Notes under the pieces: generated by a model
The model's database searches: none
What the model was told of the DNA's origin: nothing
Seen by the model: only the letters and a program-made list of their open reading frames with translations
Part shown: piece by piece, positions 57,688-64,000 of the stretch
How the letters are laid out: each line of letters starts with the position of its first letter
How positions within the stretch are numbered: position 1 is the stretch's first letter
From: an uncultured Nitrososphaeraceae archaeon
Lineage (GTDB): Archaea; Thermoproteota; Nitrososphaeria; Nitrososphaerales; Nitrososphaeraceae
Assembly (NCBI GenBank): GCA_963779615.1
Contig: CAVZZA010000001.1
Location: 192,001 to 256,000 of the forward strand
Length of the DNA stretch: 64,000 nucleotides
Direction of reading: 5' to 3'
Translations under genes and position numbers: made by a program

Positions 57688-58671
57688 ATGAAAAAAACAG
57701 AAGATAGAATTGATGAAATAGAATATCATGAATGCGTTATAAGCTCACCCTCATCTACAGCAAACCTAGGTCCAGGCTATGATGTTTTTGGTTTGGGTTT
57801 AGATGCGTTAGAAGATATGGTTTGTCTCAAGGTAATAGAAAAATCAAAAGATAGTCTAAACAATATCAAAATAAGAATAAAGGGTGAAGGAAGCAAGAGT
57901 ATTCCAGAGGATCCTGAGCGAAATTCGTCAGGAAAAGTTGCAAAAAAAATTATTGCAGATTATAATTTGCATAAATACGACTGTATTATAGAAATGGAAA
58001 AAAACATTCCACCAGGATATGGAATGGGAAGTAGTGCCGCATCGGCAGTTGCAACAGCCGTTGCTTTTAATAAAATTTTCAAACTTGAGCTAAATGACAC
58101 AAAACTATTAGATTATGCTGCAGAAGGAGAATTAGCAAGCGCAGGCGTAAAACACTTTGACAACATTGCAGGATCATTTTTTGGCGATTTTGTAATAGTA
58201 AGAAGTGATCCAGAATTAGAATTTATAAAAATAAAATCACCAAATGCTTTGACGATGGTTGTTTGTGTTCCTTTAATAGACGTTCCTAAAATGAAAACAG
58301 AATTCGCCAGGAAATTATTACCTCAGGAAGTTCCACTAAAAAAAATGGTAAAAAATCTTTCAAACGCATGCACCATTGTAGCGGGCTTTTTTAATAAAGA
58401 TATACGGATGATATGCAATGGTATTGATGATTGCATAATAGAACCCGCAAGGCAAAAACTGATTCCAGCATATGAACAAGTTAAAGAAATGTCACTGCAA
58501 GCAGGAGCATTAGCATTCACTATCAGTGGCGCAGGCCCCTCTACAATTGCATTTTTGGATACAAAAAATAAAGGATCACAGGTATCTGACGCTATGATAG
58601 AAACCTATAAGAAGGTAGATATAGAGTGCAAAACTTTTATATGTAAACCCAGCAGCGGTACAAAAAAATAG
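57688..58671 (+). CDS. thrB: homoserine kinase
   Basis: PSSTANLGPGYD, GMGSSAAS, HFDN and ISGAGP. Confidence 0.95.
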   Translation: MKKTEDRIDEIEYHECVISSPSSTANLGPGYDVFGLGLDALEDMVCLKVIEKSKDSLNNIKIRIKGEGSKSIPEDPERNSSGKVAKKIIADYNLHKYDCIIEMEKNIPPGYGMGSSAASAVATAVAFNKIFKLELNDTKLLDYAAEGELASAGVKHFDNIAGSFFGDFVIVRSDPELEFIKIKSPNALTMVVCVPLIDVPKMKTEFARKLLPQEVPLKKMVKNLSNACTIVAGFFNKDIRMICNGIDDCIIEPARQKLIPAYEQVKEMSLQAGALAFTISGAGPSTIAFLDTKNKGSQVSDAMIETYKKVDIECKTFICKPSSGTKK

Positions 58672-58705
58672 TTTCAATAAAATAAACAATGAAAAGCAGC
58701 AGCTG

Positions 58706-59569
58706 CTACTTTTTACTTTTATTAAGAAATGCAGACATCATTTTTTTCCTATCGTCATGAGCAAAACATAATGCCCAACCGTAAATTTCCAATCTCAATC
58801 CTGTATCTATATCTGTATCGACACCTTTATTGATTAACATTTTACTAATTTTTATTGCATTAAAACTATTTTTAGTGATTTCTTTAGCTAAGGATATAGA
58901 TTGCTCTAAAAGTTTCCTATTAAGGATCTTTGAAAGTGCGATATTTTTCTCCTTATCGTTGTTTTGATCTACAGAAGGATCCAACTGGGACGTATCTTCG
59001 TCTGTTAGTACGACTATCTGGTTGACAAGGCCTATACTTGCAGCTTCATGAGCAGAAATCATTTTACCTGTAAAAATCATTTCTTTAGCTTTTGAAGGAC
59101 CTATTATTCTCAATAATCTCTGGGTTCCTCCCCAGCCTGGAGGAATCCCAATTGTAACTTCAGGCTGGCCTATTTTTGCATTCTCAGAAGCTATTCTTAG
59201 ATCACAAACTAAAGCAAGTTCACATCCACCACCAAGCGCAAAACCATTTATAGCAGCAATTACAGGTTTCTCCATTTTTTCAATCTTATTTAGCATAGAT
59301 TGTGCAGATGAGGCATATTTTTCGGCAGCAACAGGATCAATATCTACCATATATGAAATATCAGCACCCGCACAAAATGAACGCTCACCCGAACCTGTGA
59401 TAATTACAACCTTAATTCCTTGATCTCCAGAGACTAAATCTATTGCTCGTGATAATTCATATATTACATCCAAATTCATTGCATTAAGGGCTTCCGGTCT
59501 ATTTATTTTTAAAATAGCAATATCGCTCTGTAAGTCTATTTGTACATACTTCATAGAAGACATAATCAA
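58706..59569 (-). CDS. enoyl-CoA hydratase (probable 3-hydroxypropionyl-CoA dehydratase / crotonyl-CoA hydratase of the 3HP/4HB cycle)
   Basis: NRPEALNA, FCAGADI, ALGGGCE and PEVTIGIPPGWGGTQRL. Confidence 0.88.
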   Translation of the reverse strand: MIMSSMKYVQIDLQSDIAILKINRPEALNAMNLDVIYELSRAIDLVSGDQGIKVVIITGSGERSFCAGADISYMVDIDPVAAEKYASSAQSMLNKIEKMEKPVIAAINGFALGGGCELALVCDLRIASENAKIGQPEVTIGIPPGWGGTQRLLRIIGPSKAKEMIFTGKMISAHEAASIGLVNQIVVLTDEDTSQLDPSVDQNNDKEKNIALSKILNRKLLEQSISLAKEITKNSFNAIKISKMLINKGVDTDIDTGLRLEIYGWALCFAHDDRKKMMSAFLNKSKK

Positions 59570-59608
59570 ATTTCAATCATTCTTTAAATTAAATCTTATT
59601 AAAAAAAG

Positions 59609-60154
59609 TTAATTGGTATGATCTTCAAAAGTATCCTTTTGCAATTTCCACAAAAGCCCGAAAAGATTGGCATAGCTTCCAGGATCAGGTTTATTTGGAT
59701 TGGTACCGTTTTTCCGCATGTCTTCCACAACCTTTTTCAACGTATCAAAAACAAATGTATCCTGGATCATTTTTATAAATAGATCTTTTTCAAAAGGTTT
59801 TTGAAGGATTTCTATGAAACATTTCAATGTTTCTATGTATTCGTTGAAAATTTTTTGAGGCCATGCAGAAGCAAATATTATTCTTTGATCTTTATTCAAA
59901 CTTAGCACTTCTTTTGCAATGTACAAACCATTTTTGGCGTAATCGGATGAATCTTTTTTTGGTTCCAAATCATAATCCAAAATAATTAAATCAAAATTAT
60001 CACGTATTTTTTGATGGTTTTGTACAGACTTGCGATATTCGCAAAGACCATCTTCAACGTTTTTAGCAATAACATAACGATAGTTGTGTTCCTGAAGCCA
60101 GATAGAATATAAGTGACATATATCAGCATCGTCCTCAATAATCAAAATATTCAT
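59609..60154 (-). CDS. response regulator with a short C-terminal extension
   Basis: IIEDD, IILDY, FASA and QKPF. Confidence 0.88.
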   Translation of the reverse strand: MNILIIEDDADICHLYSIWLQEHNYRYVIAKNVEDGLCEYRKSVQNHQKIRDNFDLIILDYDLEPKKDSSDYAKNGLYIAKEVLSLNKDQRIIFASAWPQKIFNEYIETLKCFIEILQKPFEKDLFIKMIQDTFVFDTLKKVVEDMRKNGTNPNKPDPGSYANLFGLLWKLQKDTFEDHTN

Positions 60155-60168
60155 CCAACCTACTATAC

Positions 60169-60832
60169 GGCTCTGTTCACTTAAGCCTTTTTAATTCATT
60201 ATTATGATGATTTACAAATAGATTCAGTCAATTGAATATGTGTTTTAAATTGCATCTTTTTTTACGCATGGAAAGTAGTCGTCAAATCTATCGGTTGTAT
60301 CCTTGATATGTTGCATTGTTCTTTCTATCAGACTTTTCTCTAAAGATGAATGGATATGACGCTTTAATTTTAGGAATCTGCATGCTTGGGGACAAAGTTC
60401 CACCGTCTGTTGATACTGCATGTTTTCCATGAGTCTTGACCAAACATGCGATAACCTTTCGGTAACAAACGTGTTTCTCTCCTTGGATATAGTCAGCCCG
60501 AGAATCGCCTTATCTTTTTGGCTCGATTGCAATCCATAACCAGACATATTCTGAACCTACCTTGATTATTGCTTCATCTACAATAAATTCAGCCACCTTC
60601 TTTCTTTTTGACGATATTTTTTGGGGATGATACTTTCGAATCCAATTCCAAACTGAAACAATGGTTTCGCTCAACAAAACATGAAAGCCGCTCAGACGCT
60701 CTTCTTAATGACAGGCCAGAAAAGCACAAATGCAATCCAAAACCAATAAACTGTGAAGGTGTTCTGTTTCTGTTAATCATAAATGAGACAAAGCATCTTC
60801 AAGCTATAACTTTTCTTTAAGTGAACAGAGTC
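60169..60832 (-). mobile_element. IS6-family element, 664 bp, transposase frameshifted
   Basis: TIR GGCTCTGTTCACTTAA / GACTCTGTTCACTTAA (15/16); 8-bp direct repeat TACTATAC at 60161-60168 and 60833-60840; ISKERN, EKSLIER and FDDYFPC. Confidence 0.95.
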
Positions 60833-60873
60833 TACTATACAACTAATAAATAATAAATTTTATAGTAAAAATA

Positions 60874-62433
60874 TTAAAGCCTATTTGATAATTCCCTTTT
60901 AATAATTTTTACAATTGAATCTAACAATACAGGCTTATAAAGAAATCTATCATCCAAAATGTCTTTATTAAAGAACTCATCTATTGCATTCTTATTAATT
61001 TTATTGGGCGTCATAAAATAACCTTTGATATCATCATCTCGCTTTTTCAATTCATCATATAGATAAAATCCATCAAACCCTCTAATATCAACCCCTAAAA
61101 AAACCAAAGAATATTTACCTGGAATGAAATATTCCAAGGCATTGTAAGGATCATCGTAATAATCTACTTCATAACCCATATTTTGAATCTTGTTTTGAAT
61201 CAGGTGCAAGTTTTCAGAAAAGTCATCTATGAGTAAAATTTTATTGTTGTCGTGTTTAATTTCTCCTGCTTGAAAAAATGGCTCTTGATGTGATAGCGGG
61301 ATTTGTATAGTAAATTTTAATCCCAAGTCAGGGGATCTATTTTCTACATCAATACTTCCGCCATGAAGCCCAAATAGTTTTTTGGAAATAAATAAACCCA
61401 AACCAGTACCTCCACTTGTTTTTGTAAAAAATTTTGCAAAGAATTGATCATGATCCGTTATTTGTATATCGGGTCCTTCATCTTCAATAGTTATAATAAC
61501 AGAAGAATTATTTTTTTGAGACAAGCTAACCATTATTTCCTGTCCTTTGTTATCTTTTGTAAAATGGTATGAATTATTTAATAGATTATCAAACGCATGT
61601 GAAATTAAAGACTTGTCAGCTTCGATAAATGATCCGGGTTTATCATAAAAAATAAATTTAATATTAGACGTTTCTCTAATTGAGATATCCTGATATTCAG
61701 CAATAATATCAGATAGAACTTCATTGATGTCAAAAAATTCTTTTTTTAATCTTAATGAATTTGATTCGATTCTAGAAACATCTAATATGTCATTTACAAT
61801 ATTTCTTAATTTTTCCCCATTTCTAATAATAATATCAACATATTCTAACATATTGGAATCGGTTATTTTTGTCTTTAAAGTTTTAGAAAATCCTATTATG
61901 GGTAAAATAGGGTTTCGTAATTGATGAGATGCAATATCTACAAAATCTTGCTGGAATATGTTATGTTTCTCCAAGATTTCATTTTTTTCCACCATATTCC
62001 ACATCAGGTCATATGTAAAAGAGAAAAAGGAGATCAATTCATTAAATATAATATCATATAAATTACAGTTATATTTTTTTTTTAATTCATCATAGTTTAT
62101 TTTAAAAAAATATATTATTTTTTTGTTAATTGTGATCGTTATTAAATTTTCTTGTTGTTCTGAAACAGATGAAATGTTTTTAATATAAATATTTTTTATT
62201 GATGAAAAAAAATCAAGAATAGAGTTAAATTGACTACCATCACATACTGCCAAAATGCGAATATGAGGAAGATTTTTTTCAGTTACAGATTTTATCGAAT
62301 TATAAAACGAACGGGTTGTTAAGAATAAAAATGAAGAAAATGAATTTATATATATGTCTATATATTTAGGTTCAGATTTTACAAATAAATTATCAAAATC
62401 ATGAAAATCTACTATATCTACAATCATAGACAT
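60874..62433 (-). CDS. soluble hybrid histidine kinase with atypical C-terminal receiver
   Basis: ASHQLRNP, NLLNNS and GTGLGL; receiver LIDD...YKPV. Confidence 0.88.
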   Translation of the reverse strand: MSMIVDIVDFHDFDNLFVKSEPKYIDIYINSFSSFLFLTTRSFYNSIKSVTEKNLPHIRILAVCDGSQFNSILDFFSSIKNIYIKNISSVSEQQENLITITINKKIIYFFKINYDELKKKYNCNLYDIIFNELISFFSFTYDLMWNMVEKNEILEKHNIFQQDFVDIASHQLRNPILPIIGFSKTLKTKITDSNMLEYVDIIIRNGEKLRNIVNDILDVSRIESNSLRLKKEFFDINEVLSDIIAEYQDISIRETSNIKFIFYDKPGSFIEADKSLISHAFDNLLNNSYHFTKDNKGQEIMVSLSQKNNSSVIITIEDEGPDIQITDHDQFFAKFFTKTSGGTGLGLFISKKLFGLHGGSIDVENRSPDLGLKFTIQIPLSHQEPFFQAGEIKHDNNKILLIDDFSENLHLIQNKIQNMGYEVDYYDDPYNALEYFIPGKYSLVFLGVDIRGFDGFYLYDELKKRDDDIKGYFMTPNKINKNAIDEFFNKDILDDRFLYKPVLLDSIVKIIKRELSNRL

Positions 62434-62450
62434 TATTGATATTTGAGAAA

Positions 62451-62858
62451 TTACTTTCTTTTGTATACGTCGTCTAACATTACATCCAAATCATCTTCAA
62501 ATTTCTTCAATATTCTTCTCAAACTTTGTTCCAACTCTTTAACACGCTTTTCAGTTTCTAGTTTAAAGATGTCTCTAGAAATGGAAGAATACACATGAAA
62601 ATGACCTCCTTCTTTTAGAGTTCTGCTTTCTTTCACACATATCCCCAGGCCGGTTAGTTTTTGCAAGGATCTAAACACGGTACTTTTGTCCCTATTCACA
62701 GCTTTTGACAAATCCTCCAAAGTCATTTGTTTATCACTATATTTAATGAGAGTAAGCAACAGATCCATATCTAAAGGAGACAAATCATATATATAGATAA
62801 ATAGGTCTTTTAGAGTTGCGCTCATTCTTGTTATTGCATTTATTGATGATGATGGCAT
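62451..62858 (-). CDS. TrmB-like HTH transcriptional regulator
   Basis: MTLEDLSKAVNRDKSTVFRSLQKL...GG...VY. Confidence 0.88.
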   Translation of the reverse strand: MPSSSINAITRMSATLKDLFIYIYDLSPLDMDLLLTLIKYSDKQMTLEDLSKAVNRDKSTVFRSLQKLTGLGICVKESRTLKEGGHFHVYSSISRDIFKLETEKRVKELEQSLRRILKKFEDDLDVMLDDVYKRK

Positions 62859-62999
62859 ATAATATCTATATACTACGCTTTCGTGCTATTTAAAATTATC
62901 TACAAAATCTTATATGAAAATCAATAATTGGCAAAAGACAACGTAATTTATGATATCAATTCTTCATTATAACAGTCGATTGTAAGATCAAGCCGATAG

Positions 63000-63600
63000 T
63001 TATATGTTTTAATTTGTACATTTTCTTTTTTTGCATGAAAAATAATCATCAAAGCATTTTTCAGTTCAATATAATTCATCGTATAGTTATCTGAATAATA
63101 CTTTTCTCAAAGTTGCATTGAAGATGGTGATGGTGATCTATTTTCAAGAATTTGCTAGCGTGAAAATACAAACGTTCCACACCACCACCATCCTCCATAG
63201 AAACTGGATGCTTACCGCATATATTTATCAAAGACAAAAGGAAAGATGTGCAATAAACATGTTGATTCAAAAGGAATATCGATTTGAAAGATTTCTTTAT
63301 GGCCAACGCTATAGCAACTCATATCCAGATATACTTTGAATCAATCTTTGAGTTTCGTACCTTTATATGCAAACCATTCACTAATTATTTTTATTTTTTT
63401 CAAGGATATATTTTCTGGTTTTGCACCTCTATATACATTATTCCAGACGCATGGAAAACCGATCCCTTATCCACAACTTTACGTAATGCTGTTGCAATAG
63501 TATTTCTTCTAGACATAAAGTAATAAATATGCGATCCATAAACAATATCTTTTCTTTTTTTAGTTCTTTATTTTGAGTAATTCTATATGTACATGTACGA
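63000..63600 (-). mobile_element. heavily decayed IS6 remnant (ends approximate)
   Basis: KHPVSMEDGG, KFLKIDHH, FEKSII and a CFDDYF-coding tract at ~63040-63058, parallel to the two bounded IS6 copies. Confidence 0.7.
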
Positions 63601-63731
63601 TAAACTATTAATTAACAGATATTGATTTTTTTAGTCTAACAGAATCGACAAAAATAAAAACATATAGAAAAATTGAGATTATTGAGTTTTATTTACAATA
63701 CAACAAGAAAAAATTGTTTAAGTGAATTCAA

Positions 63732-64000
63732 CTATGCTCCAGCCATTCCATTTCGCAATTCAACTCCCCGATGATCTTCAGATTCTTCTGCAGCTGCTTT
63801 GTGCATTTCGGATAAAGCGCACCCCATCTGAGCTTCAGGCTTTCCTTTTCTCATCAAGCCACGGTACAGACCGGCTTCCAAAGTTTGTCCATGTTCTTTT
63901 TCCCAATCTTCAACAGGAATACTATATTTCTTTTGGATTCTGTCTCTGTACCATTCAGGAATCACGTTAAATGCACAAAATGGTACAATACGCAAGTCTG
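63732..64000 (-). CDS. tes: C-terminus of radical-SAM tetraether lipid synthase (partial)
   Basis: DLRIVPFCAFNVIPEWYRDRIQKKY resembles the Tes (MJ0619-family) C-terminal motif; the frame is open to the window end. Confidence 0.7.
   Translation of the reverse strand, partial: DLRIVPFCAFNVIPEWYRDRIQKKYSIPVEDWEKEHGQTLEAGLYRGLMRKGKPEAQMGCALSEMHKAAAEESEDHRGVELRNGMAGA

Overview
AT-rich chromosomal window from an ammonia-oxidising archaeon (Nitrososphaeraceae, most likely Ca. Nitrosocosmicus-like, judged from the 16S/23S sequence, gene repertoire and low GC). It is mostly core genome: ilvE, alba, argH, sdhACDB, trxA, archease, hisS, the infB-ndk-rpl24e-rps28e-rpl7ae cluster, KEOPS (kae1, bud32), ychF, a 16S-23S rRNA operon (about 1 kb spacer, no tRNA or 5S seen), UDG, dph2, pheA, csl4, folP, a GPN GTPase, thrB, a crotonase and the 3' end of tetraether synthase. 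There are two intron-containing tRNAs (Gln-UUG with a 10/11 intron; Leu-UAG with two introns), two bounded IS6 elements with 8-bp target duplications, further IS remnants and two two-component signalling loci. The best leads are: (1) the first 2.4 kb looks like the edge of an element integrated at tRNA-Gln, with an ORF reading antisense into the tRNA and an AGAACA iteron-like array; (2) a candidate ~220-nt structured RNA lies between trxA and archease; (3) several apparent pseudoenzymes (PurF-like, UDP-sugar dehydrogenase-like, a receiver lacking its Asp). Single-base frameshifts in conserved genes suggest residual assembly errors. No CRISPR array was seen. All family calls come from motif recognition by eye; no searches were run.
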